From a virus (lineage: Duplodnaviria > Caudoviricetes): DNA of 25,161 bases. The stretch covers positions 1 through 25,161 of IMG/VR virus record IMGVR_UViG_3300017651_000010; one strand, written 5' to 3'. The notes under the pieces are model-generated. The model was not told where the DNA came from. It did no database searches and saw nothing but the letters and a program-made list of their open reading frames with translations. A program made the translations under genes and the position numbers. Below are positions 9,539 to 17,121 of the stretch, in pieces (within the stretch, counting starts at the first letter, position 1; every line of letters begins with the position of its first letter).

Positions 9539-9748
9539 GAGGTCCTCGCCTTAACAACTCGGTTTCCGTTTTGCCCGCTCGGCTCCTGCTACACATTGCT
9601 CCGTGAACACGCCGCGCCATATCACCAACTGCCCAGCCTAGGCGCGGTCCTGCGCATCGGCATACGCACCTTTGCTGTACCTCTGCCAGTCCATGGCATG
9701 GACCGTTTCGACAAGCCAGGGGTTTCACCCCTCGGAACCTCGCCCCTT

Positions 9749-9803
9749 AGTGTCCATTTCTTGCTTACACTCTCTTGACAAAATGTACGCGGTTAGCTTA
9801 CAT
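9749..9803 (+). promoter_or_regulatory. higBA promoter (TTGACA-N17-TTACAT) with two TGT-N13-ACA operator-like palindromes
   Basis: TTGACA 9775-9780 and TTACAT 9798-9803. Inverted repeats AGTGT..ACACT 9749-9771 and ATGTACGC-N5-GCTTACAT 9783-9803 both contain GCTTACA. Confidence 0.65.
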
Positions 9804-9808
9804 AAGTC

Positions 9809-10087
9809 ATGATCAAGTCGTTCAAGAACAAGGCGCTGGCAGACCTCTTCGGGACCGGGAAAACCGGCAAGATCGACGCCAAAATGCATAAGCGCATTCT
9901 CGTTCGGCTTGACCGTCTGGAGCAATCGGAGAGCCCGGAAGACATGAACCTTCCCGGCTTCGATTTCCACGCTCTCAAAGGCTTTGACCCAACTCGCTAC
10001 ACGGTCCACGTGAACGGCCCGTGGTGCATCACTTTCGAATTCGACGGCAAGGACGCCGCCCGTGTCGATTTCGAGCAATACCATTGA
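9809..10087 (+). CDS. higB: HigB-like toxin (RelE/ParE superfamily)
   Basis: MIKSFKNKALADLF...LPGFDFHALKG...YTVHVNGPWCITFEF...VDFEQYH is the classic HigB pattern; toxin gene precedes antitoxin. Confidence 0.93.
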   Translation: MIKSFKNKALADLFGTGKTGKIDAKMHKRILVRLDRLEQSESPEDMNLPGFDFHALKGFDPTRYTVHVNGPWCITFEFDGKDAARVDFEQYH

Positions 10088-10106
10088 GGCGGCCCAGATT
10101 GAGGGA

Positions 10107-10424
10107 ATGACGACCATGCCCGTTATCGAAACGACGAGGCCCATCTCTAGGTGCCCCTCTCACCCTGGGGCTTTGCTGGACGACATTATCCCGGCAACGG
10201 GAAAGACGAAGGTGGAAATCGCCGAGCTGCTCGGTATCTCGCGCCAGCAGCTTTATGACATCCTTCGCGAGAAGAAGCCGGTTTCCCCGAACGTTGCCGC
10301 TCGCCTCGGCAAGATGTTTGGCGACGGACCCGCTATCTGGCTTCGCATGCAGGCCGCATACGACGCATGGCACGCTGAGCGAGACGTTGACGTTTCCACC
10401 ATTCCTACCTTGCGAGCCGCGTGA
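10107..10424 (+). CDS. higA: HigA-like HTH antitoxin
   Basis: HPGALL, XRE HTH (EIAELLGISRQQLYDIL), W-L-x-M-Q-x-x-Y-D motif. GAGGG RBS; alternative start 10116. Confidence 0.93.
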   Translation: MTTMPVIETTRPISRCPSHPGALLDDIIPATGKTKVEIAELLGISRQQLYDILREKKPVSPNVAARLGKMFGDGPAIWLRMQAAYDAWHAERDVDVSTIPTLRAA

Positions 10425-10704
10425 ATGAGCGCGACGATATCACCCTCTCCGAAGATACCCGCGCGGCGAGAGGCCGCGCCGGCAATCGGAGAATCTAATG
10501 CATCACAAGCGAAAGCGACCCAAGAACCGCCGTTCTGGTTGCCTTATGTTCGAGCCTCATAAGGCGAATGGCGCCTGTCCTCGCCATCTCGACATGCGCG
10601 CCGGCGATCAGCGTAAATTCGAGGCGACCACATCACAGCTCCGGTGCGAAGGCATCAAAGCGCGATGACGGTAACACCCCGCCCCCTTAGCGGGATTTTG
10701 CAAT

Positions 10705-11214
10705 TCAGCAGCTTGGTCTCCGCTTTGCCTTCTCGGCACGCGCGAGGCACGGCTCGGTAAAGCTTCCGCGCCAAATGCCTCGTCGTTTGGTCTTCGCGAG
10801 CCTTTGCGCATCGTCATAGAGCCCATCGCTGTATCGCGGCCAATCCACAGCGTTACCGCTCTCAACGAGCCAGCGGTTGACCTCGCGCCCATCGGCGCGA
10901 AAGCAGGTTCCAACGAATCTCTTGTAGCGGTCGCGCTCGACAAACTCACAGCGAGTAGGCCTCGATTCCGCCAGCCAGCCGTCTAACGCAAACGCCGCAT
11001 CCCTTCCGCAACGATACTGTGCGCCATTCTCGTCAGCACATCGTTGCCAGCTTTCGGGCGCGTCGATACCGTTGAACCGGATGCGCACGCCAGCAATTTC
11101 GATAGTGTCACCGTCGACAACAGAAGCGCGGCCGATGATCGGTCCTTGAGCACTCGCCGAGACGGATACGAGTGCTGCAGAGAGCACTACCCCAACGAAC
11201 ACTCTCAATGACAA
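10705..11214 (-). CDS. Secreted thermonuclease (SNase-like)
   Basis: Signal peptide; motifs VVDGDTI, RIRFNGIDAPE, DRYKR, VNRWLVESGNA and AKTKRRGIW. Confidence 0.9.
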   Translation of the reverse strand: MSLRVFVGVVLSAALVSVSASAQGPIIGRASVVDGDTIEIAGVRIRFNGIDAPESWQRCADENGAQYRCGRDAAFALDGWLAESRPTRCEFVERDRYKRFVGTCFRADGREVNRWLVESGNAVDWPRYSDGLYDDAQRLAKTKRRGIWRGSFTEPCLARAEKAKRRPSC

Positions 11215-11348
11215 TGCATCGTGCCCGCTTTACGGTCCATGTGACAACACTGGCCAGGTGGTGAATCCTTGCGGCATCCGCCACCGTGCGCATTCGCGAT
11301 TGTTGCGCCTGCTAGAACCGCAGCAACACACCATATGAGCGCTTTCAT
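11205..11348 (-). CDS. Small secreted His/Cys peptide (47 aa, YHYH-like HGG..CH..HCH motif)
   Basis: AGGAGG RBS before the ATG at 11348. Signal peptide ending ANA, then HGGGCRKDSPPGQCCHMDRKAGTMHCH. Overlaps the SNase start. Confidence 0.75.
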   Translation of the reverse strand: MKALIWCVAAVLAGATIANAHGGGCRKDSPPGQCCHMDRKAGTMHCH

Positions 11349-11463
11349 ATCCCCTCCTATGCAACCCCGAAAACGCAGGATTGCACAGGAAACGCATCGG
11401 CGCAATTCTTGGTATATTTTGACTTGGTCGACTTCCGTCCCCTCTGACAGCGAGCACAACCAA

Positions 11464-11838
11464 TTACCGACCCATCGTAGCCCTGAACGCATCTCTCGTC
11501 GGATTGTCGCTCTCAGGCGCGTCTGGATCTGATCTGCTATGCTGAAGATACACGCGGTCCATCGCCCGAATGACGGCGCGAAACATTCCCGCATCGTCGT
11601 CGGACCAACCGGCGATATGTCTATCGATGCTGGCCGCCGGGATCGGTCCAACAGACATCGACATCTGCCGATCGGTGCTCAACTCGTGGAAATCATTCCA
11701 CCATTGCTCTGTGCCGATTGGTAGATCCGGCGGGTACAGGTGCTCCGGTACCCGCCAGTTCTTTTCCTCAAGAGCCTTGCGCCGCGCCTCTGCGTTTGGG
11801 TGCGCGAGGTGCCAGTGCAAGACCGCCGCTACTCCCCC
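11464..11838 (-). CDS. Tail assembly chaperone C-terminal extension (gpT-like), probably expressed by -1 frameshift
   Basis: In the -1 frame relative to 11829..12248 and open across its stop. No good RBS for the TTG at 11820. WWNDFHELSTDRQ...GPIP...IRAMDRVYL motif. Confidence 0.75.
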   Translation of the reverse strand, partial: GGVAAVLHWHLAHPNAEARRKALEEKNWRVPEHLYPPDLPIGTEQWWNDFHELSTDRQMSMSVGPIPAASIDRHIAGWSDDDAGMFRAVIRAMDRVYLQHSRSDPDAPESDNPTRDAFRATMGR

Positions 11839-12248
11839 GCGATTTCGTCCACAAGGCCGATGTGTCTGTCAGCGACGACGCCGGCGGCGTAGGCCACGGC
11901 CTCGCGGAAGGTCTTACCCATACCGCGTTCGTCGATGGAGGTCAGCACTTGCACCGCAAGCTCCTTGGAATATGGCTGCTGAGCGCCTTCACGAGAGACA
12001 GCGTTTTCCCAGTCGAGCAGGATATGCTCTGCCAGAAGCGCGCCGAGGCCCTTCTGGTACTCGGGCGTCGTATAGGCCTGTGCAGCTCGCTTTCCGAAGG
12101 AGCGGAGCAGACGGTTGTGGGCCACCTCGAAGGGCTTGTAGGCGTTCGACCGGACCCGGAACTTAACGCCGGGATGGCTCGGCAGATCACCTACCCATTC
12201 GCCGTCGTTGACGTTCACAGGTTTGTCGGCGAGATCAAAGTCAAACAT
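11829..12248 (-). CDS. Tail assembly chaperone (gpG-like)
   Basis: Directly after the major tail gene; GGAG RBS; GEWV, ILLDWEN and PYSKE motifs. Confidence 0.8.
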   Translation of the reverse strand: MFDFDLADKPVNVNDGEWVGDLPSHPGVKFRVRSNAYKPFEVAHNRLLRSFGKRAAQAYTTPEYQKGLGALLAEHILLDWENAVSREGAQQPYSKELAVQVLTSIDERGMGKTFREAVAYAAGVVADRHIGLVDEIAGE

Positions 12249-12338
12249 TTCGTTTCTCCAGGTTCAAAGTGGGTTCAATGTGGGCCGAGGCAGCGTGAAC
12301 CCGCGCGTACCCCGGCCCGCCCGTTGCCGGGCATAGGG

Positions 12339-13043
12339 TCAGACGGTTACCGCGAGTGCAATCGGCTGGATGGGCGCGTTCCACAGACGCGCCGCCGAAG
12401 AGTCGCCGCCGGTCTTGGTCCCGAAAAGTGCGTACCCGGCGATGTAGTCGGTCTCACCGACCGGAACGGCAGTCGCTGTGTGTGTGCCGCTTCCGGCCGC
12501 CGTTGTGTCGATCGCCGCACCTCCGGGTGTCGCTGCGACCGAAAACGCGTCCGTTGCTGCGTCAACCACATAGTACGTGACGCCAGCAGTCAGACCCGTT
12601 GGAAGCGCACCAGTGGTCGTGAAAACCACGGGCGTGCCGTTGGCGAAGCCATGACCGGCCCACGTCACGACGCCGGGCGTTGCGACCGAGATGGCGACTG
12701 TGGAGATTTCCTCACAATCGCTTCCCCAAACGATACGGAAGGCGTAGGGCTTGCATGCCTTCTGCGCCTGCGCAAAGTTCGTCTGACCTGCGTCGCCGGG
12801 GAGCGGGGCGAACGTGTTGGTCATAATGGGGAACGAGATCGTTCCCTTGGCATAGAGCGTCGTGTTGTTGTCCACGATGGCCTGAGAAATCATGGCCTGT
12901 TCCGCGCCCAGATCACCGATGTTCGTTGCCTGAGTGATGCGGGTCCAAGACTGGCCGGTGAAATCGGCCGCCTCGTACTCGGTCTGATAATCGATGGGGC
13001 CACCGATATAGATCGCTGTCCCGGCTATTTTTGCGAGAGCCAT
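12339..13043 (-). CDS. Major tail (tube) protein with an inserted beta-rich domain
   Basis: Position between tail terminator and chaperone. AGGAG RBS. Motifs IGDLG, KGT, DAGQ and YAFRI are typical of siphovirus tail tube proteins. Confidence 0.82.
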   Translation of the reverse strand: MALAKIAGTAIYIGGPIDYQTEYEAADFTGQSWTRITQATNIGDLGAEQAMISQAIVDNNTTLYAKGTISFPIMTNTFAPLPGDAGQTNFAQAQKACKPYAFRIVWGSDCEEISTVAISVATPGVVTWAGHGFANGTPVVFTTTGALPTGLTAGVTYYVVDAATDAFSVAATPGGAAIDTTAAGSGTHTATAVPVGETDYIAGYALFGTKTGGDSSAARLWNAPIQPIALAVTV

Positions 13044-13058
13044 GGGCTTTCTCCTATG

Positions 13059-13082
13059 AAAAAAGCCCGCCGGAAAGCGGGC
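13059..13082 (-). terminator. Intrinsic terminator-like hairpin just upstream of the major tail gene
   Basis: Minus strand GCCCGC-TTTCCG-GCGGGC-TTTTTT. Confidence 0.65.
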
Positions 13083-13108
13083 GGTTGACCGGTCTGAGCC
13101 GGGATCGA

Positions 13109-13342
13109 CTACGAGCGCGGTGCTCGCGATTTCTTCGAAGGGTGATCGATCCCCACCGGGGCTTCGACTTCCCCACCATTGTCGGCGGCCAGCACAGCGT
13201 CCTCCACAGACGCCGTTTTTTCCTTCAGTCCGACCATCTCGGCCGCGCCTTTGATTGCGTGACGAGTGGCGGCCGCGATCCGGCCTTCAAGCACCGCGTC
13301 GATCAGTTTTTCGCGGCGTTCGACACATTCCCTGCAGGCCAT
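13109..13342 (-). CDS. Hypothetical phage protein (77 aa)
   Basis: AGGAGG RBS; fills the gap in the operon; N-terminal CxxCxxRR. Confidence 0.7.
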   Translation of the reverse strand: MACRECVERREKLIDAVLEGRIAAATRHAIKGAAEMVGLKEKTASVEDAVLAADNGGEVEAPVGIDHPSKKSRAPRS

Positions 13343-13351
13343 GAAAGCCTC

Positions 13352-13804
13352 CTATCTCTGGGTTTCCAGTTGGATGCTGACCTGCGTTCGCAGATACGCA
13401 TCATCGCGATATGAGCCGAGGACATCCGGAACTTTCATCACGCGGACGCGGATGCCTTGGAACGTCATAGAGACGTCTGTGAAGAAGTGCCCGGCGATGT
13501 TCGATGCCGCCATCTCGCGGATGGCATCCTTGTGCGTCTTGCCCGATCCCGTCCCAACTTTGGCAATCGGCCAGCAAAGAGTGAGCAGAAGGATACCGCG
13601 CCGCTCACTCGCATCTTTCGATCCGATAAATGGCCTGGCGTTCCGGTTCGGCTCGTGGTGAGCCTCAATGAATGGGACGGGTTGTCCACCAGAGGCAGGG
13701 ACTGCGACCGGTTCTCCATCTGTCCAGATCACTGGATACGGCAACGAGATCGTCGCCACGCGGGCCCGTATGGCCTGCGATATGCAAGTCTCGATCGATG
13801 GCAT
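13352..13804 (-). CDS. Tail terminator/completion-like protein
   Basis: Synteny (after HK97 gp10-like, before major tail), 150 aa, matching alpha/beta pattern. Confidence 0.7.
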   Translation of the reverse strand: MPSIETCISQAIRARVATISLPYPVIWTDGEPVAVPASGGQPVPFIEAHHEPNRNARPFIGSKDASERRGILLLTLCWPIAKVGTGSGKTHKDAIREMAASNIAGHFFTDVSMTFQGIRVRVMKVPDVLGSYRDDAYLRTQVSIQLETQR

Positions 13805-13805
13805 A

Positions 13806-14288
13806 TTAAAGCCCCGCTTCCGCCTTCACTCCGGCGGCGACTTCCGAAACGATCTGCTGCCAGCGCTGCACGACAAGATCGACCCACGGCCGCGGAGCCT
13901 GCGCGCCGACATGTCCATACATGCCGTAGCCACTGACCCCGGAGTGAACATAGGCTCCGTATCGCGCCGTGTAGCCCAGATAGAGCGTGTCACCGACATC
14001 GGAACCATTGATGACCAGTTCGATCGGGCCAAAGTCCATCGCAGCGGCACTGCCCGGATTATCGACACTCAGCCGGGGCATCTCAGTTGTCGAGGCGACC
14101 AGCGATGCCCGAAGGAAACCAGTCCTGCGCGGATAGTTCGGCGTCGGCGGCTCATCGTAGACCAGCCTCGTCACCTCATCCGTCATCTCGTGCGCCATCC
14201 GCTGTGCCGCGCGCTGGAATATGATCTTCTCAGCTGCCTGGACCTTGCGGACCCACTCGCCCACCGTCGCGGAAAACTGGCTAGCCAC
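13806..14288 (-). CDS. HK97 gp10-like neck/tail component (start reassigned to GTG 14288)
   Basis: TGFLRAS, YTARYGAYVHSG and QAPRPWV motifs; start overlaps the end of the upstream gene. Confidence 0.75.
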   Translation of the reverse strand: MASQFSATVGEWVRKVQAAEKIIFQRAAQRMAHEMTDEVTRLVYDEPPTPNYPRRTGFLRASLVASTTEMPRLSVDNPGSAAAMDFGPIELVINGSDVGDTLYLGYTARYGAYVHSGVSGYGMYGHVGAQAPRPWVDLVVQRWQQIVSEVAAGVKAEAGL

Positions 14289-15345
14289 CCCTGCCCTCGC
14301 GGAACCGGCGCAACTCGGCCGCGCCGAACCGGATGTGATAGTCCAAGCCGCATTTGCAGCCGACGACGTGGCGCGCCGGCAACGTCGGGTCGAATGGACC
14401 GGAGCACTGGATCCCATCAGGGAGGGTGAAAGGCTCATTGAATTGGACGCCCGTCCCCACCATCGCGAGATGCATCTGCCTTGGCTCGCGGCTAACTGTG
14501 CGGCGCCAGATTTTCGTCACGTCCGCCGCGTCGAGCTTGCTCTCATCGATCTGCTGCTGGAAGGCATCCCGTTTGGCCCGTTCCAGCGCCGAGTGCGTCT
14601 CCAGAATGGCGATCGTATCCCCGCGCAGCTTCAGCGCCTTGTTGCTGTAGAGCCTCGTAACGCGCTCGACCTCCTCCGGCCTTAGTCCCCGTCCCTCCCG
14701 GATCGCCCTCATCACGGTTCGGTCAAGCCGTTTGTCGCGGTTCGCGAACCCTAGATATTCGCGCATGTAGGCCGTATCGCCTTCGCGCATGGCGCGCTCA
14801 ATTCGGACAACCGTTTCCATCTGCGGGCTCGACAGACCGATGAGGCCACCTTCGCGCCTGCCCGTCGCCCGGTTCACGCGGCCGGCCAGGATCCGGCCTG
14901 CCTCATAAGGGCTTCGGCCTCTCGCCAGGTTATCAACCAGGGTGTGGCGAATCCCGTCGCGCATATCACCTGCAATTCGCGTAACGAGTTCGGCCGCATG
15001 CAGCCGCATGGCCTGTTCTGCTGGCAGATTGCGCACGCCCCAACTGAAATGAATGCTATTGCCACTTGGATCGCGCAATGCCGGTAGGTTTCCTACCGTC
15101 GCGATACCTCCTGAATGGTAGGCCTGGATCAGCGCCTGCTCGAATTTGGCGAAGGCCCCATCGTCTATACCGAGATCGCTAACCGCCCCGGCTACGTCTC
15201 CTCGTTCAAGACGCTCGACAATGCGCTTAAGCACAATGTGAGAGGCGATGCCCCCGATCGCCTCAATCCAAGCCACGCGGATCAGCGGCACCCAATCAGC
15301 GGCGACCTGTTCCAGTAGCTCCCGAGGTGATAATCGTTTGAGCAT
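14281..15345 (-). CDS. Head morphogenesis / minor head protein (Mu gpF/SPP1 gp7-like)
   Basis: C-terminal IAILET...KIWRR...R..H...F.LPDG...P.DP...VGCKC. AGGA RBS before the ATG at 15345. Confidence 0.85.
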   Translation of the reverse strand: MLKRLSPRELLEQVAADWVPLIRVAWIEAIGGIASHIVLKRIVERLERGDVAGAVSDLGIDDGAFAKFEQALIQAYHSGGIATVGNLPALRDPSGNSIHFSWGVRNLPAEQAMRLHAAELVTRIAGDMRDGIRHTLVDNLARGRSPYEAGRILAGRVNRATGRREGGLIGLSSPQMETVVRIERAMREGDTAYMREYLGFANRDKRLDRTVMRAIREGRGLRPEEVERVTRLYSNKALKLRGDTIAILETHSALERAKRDAFQQQIDESKLDAADVTKIWRRTVSREPRQMHLAMVGTGVQFNEPFTLPDGIQCSGPFDPTLPARHVVGCKCGLDYHIRFGAAELRRFREGRGG

Positions 15346-15372
15346 GCGGCTTCCTACCAAAGGATCAGTATC

Positions 15373-15831
15373 GTGCGAGGTTTTCTCAAAGAATCTTTGC
15401 GTAGCGCGCAAGACCGGAAACCGACAGCAATTGCGGGATCGCTGTTGCAGTTTACTGTGATCATTGCAGTGGCGTCGTTCCTGGATAGTGTCTGTGGCCC
15501 AGCGTTTTGCTTCACCGATAGCTGGAATTTATTTGCTAGTCCATTTCCCGCCCTAGCGTTTTGGGCCGCTTCATTCGCTGTGTCGTTTTTCGCCATGTGG
15601 GCTTTGCTGATGGTGTGGATGTGGGCTCCGATACTGGTCTTTTTCGCAATATCCGAGCGCACAGAGCCTTACCTCGGAGGCGGCAGCACCTTCGTCGGCT
15701 TAGCTGCATCAGTGTTCATGGGGTGGTTTCTATATCGAGTCATTGCGTGGATCGACGATCACCGAATACGATGTCTGCCCCCTCCAGATCACGCGCCCGA
15801 CCGCGACGACGTAGTTAGTCCCGAACAATGA
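15373..15831 (+). CDS. Multi-pass membrane protein (152 aa), antisense moron
   Basis: AAGGA RBS and GTG start; three to four hydrophobic Phe/Trp-rich segments; visibly AT-richer than flanks. Confidence 0.7.
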   Translation: MRGFLKESLRSAQDRKPTAIAGSLLQFTVIIAVASFLDSVCGPAFCFTDSWNLFASPFPALAFWAASFAVSFFAMWALLMVWMWAPILVFFAISERTEPYLGGGSTFVGLAASVFMGWFLYRVIAWIDDHRIRCLPPPDHAPDRDDVVSPEQ

Positions 15832-16246
15832 ACTTGTGCGCCACCGGTGTTCCAGCCGCCGGCACCGTCAGATCGCGAACGATGGTGACGGGCTTGCCGT
15901 CGATTGCCAGAGTATCGAGGAGCGCAGCATCGAACTCCACTTCAGCCGGAGTGACCGAGATGCCGTCCACATCAGCCAGCGTCATCTTATGGGCGCAGGT
16001 CAGTTCAAGGTCGGTGGCGATGACAACATTGCCATCGACCAGTCTAGCGCTTACGCCTTTCACCACGGCGTCCAGTTCATAAAGCTGGTGCCGTGAACTA
16101 TCCGGCCACGGCTCCCATGTTGGCCAGTCTGGCGGGCGCGGGATGCCATTAACATTGCGCTGCAACGTGACTCGGCCTTGATTGAACCGAGCCAGCAAGC
16201 GCGTCGCCTTGGTCTGCATCTTGCCGTAGTTGAAGCGACGCGCCAT
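15815..16246 (-). CDS. Head closure/head-tail joining protein
   Basis: Y..MQ..A.RLLA.F.QG.VTL and LVDGNVVIATD motifs; follows the adaptor gene. Alternative start 16258. Confidence 0.7.
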   Translation of the reverse strand: MARRFNYGKMQTKATRLLARFNQGRVTLQRNVNGIPRPPDWPTWEPWPDSSRHQLYELDAVVKGVSARLVDGNVVIATDLELTCAHKMTLADVDGISVTPAEVEFDAALLDTLAIDGKPVTIVRDLTVPAAGTPVAHKFIVRD

Positions 16247-16268
16247 AGGATCCACCACTACGCCTTTC

Positions 16269-17054
16269 TTACGCTCCGGATTTCGAGGAGGCTGCGCCGT
16301 CCAGCGTTTCCTTCAAGCGCTCCTGGATCTCAGATCGCGCTGTCCACCAATCACCACTCTTGACCGGGACTCTAGCTGAAAGCGTCACACTACTATCGCT
16401 TAGGGTTTCCACTAGGACTTCCGGCTTTGCTCCGGACGCCGAGTAGTCGGTTTGTAGCGACCGAACAACTGATGCTCTGACCTGATCGATGTCCGCTGAC
16501 CTGGGCACGTTGAAAGTCACCTCGACGATACGCGAGCGCTCCCGGCTGTAGTTCAGGATTTTTGCGTTCGATAGCTTCGAATTCGGCGCAAAAATGTAGA
16601 TCCCATCCCTGGTTCTCAGTTGGGTAGAGAACAGTCCGATCTCAACAACCGTGCCAACGATACCCTCCGCATCGATGTAGTCGCCGGCATTAAACGGCCG
16701 AAGGAAAACCAACATTATACCTGCGGCGATGTTCGACAGCGTTCCTTGAAGAGAAAGAGCGATCGCTAGGCCCGCAGCGCCGAGAACCGCTAGGATTGAG
16801 GCTGTTTGCACGCCGAACTGACCTAGCACCACAATTATCGTGACGAACAAAATGGCATACTGAACGACTTGGCCTACGATTGGCGCTACCGTCTGATCGT
16901 GATTCAATCGAACCGCCAAAAATCCTGTCACGTAGCGTGAAATTGTCCGCGCGATGAACCAGCCGGCCACCAAGACAATCAGCGCAACAAACATTGACCA
17001 GACGTTGGCCAGTATCCAAGCGACGGATATCCCGAAAATCGCGTCATTGTTCAC
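16269..17054 (-). CDS. mscS: Small-conductance mechanosensitive channel MscS (moron)
   Basis: Three TM helices; LGAAGLAIALSLQGTLSNIAAGIML..RPF..GD.I...G.V.EIGLFST...PNS...NYS; GAGGAG RBS. Confidence 0.95.
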   Translation of the reverse strand: MNNDAIFGISVAWILANVWSMFVALIVLVAGWFIARTISRYVTGFLAVRLNHDQTVAPIVGQVVQYAILFVTIIVVLGQFGVQTASILAVLGAAGLAIALSLQGTLSNIAAGIMLVFLRPFNAGDYIDAEGIVGTVVEIGLFSTQLRTRDGIYIFAPNSKLSNAKILNYSRERSRIVEVTFNVPRSADIDQVRASVVRSLQTDYSASGAKPEVLVETLSDSSVTLSARVPVKSGDWWTARSEIQERLKETLDGAASSKSGA

Positions 17055-17087
17055 TTTGATGCTCCTCGAATGTCATGCCTTAATGCA

Positions 17088-17113
17088 AAAGGCGCGGCAC
17101 GCGAGAAGGTTGC
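17088..17113 (-). promoter_or_regulatory. Possible degenerate EcfG/RpoE2-type promoter for mscS
   Basis: GCAAC-N17-CTTT against the consensus GGAAC-N16/17-CGTT. Confidence 0.35.
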
Positions 17114-17121
17114 GCAAAAAG

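Noticed and set aside
9540-9778. Short ORFs 9596..9778 and 9456..9728
   Set aside because: No RBS or motifs; they overlap the higBA promoter or the upstream gene.
10425-10700. Gap after higA as a possible sRNA or small ORF; weak hairpin at 10678-10694
   Set aside because: Only a 24-codon ORF and a 5-bp stem; insufficient support.
11349-11651. N-terminal extension of the listed 148-aa ORF
   Set aside because: Overlaps the chaperone extension in another frame; strong RBS and signal peptide define the start at 11348.
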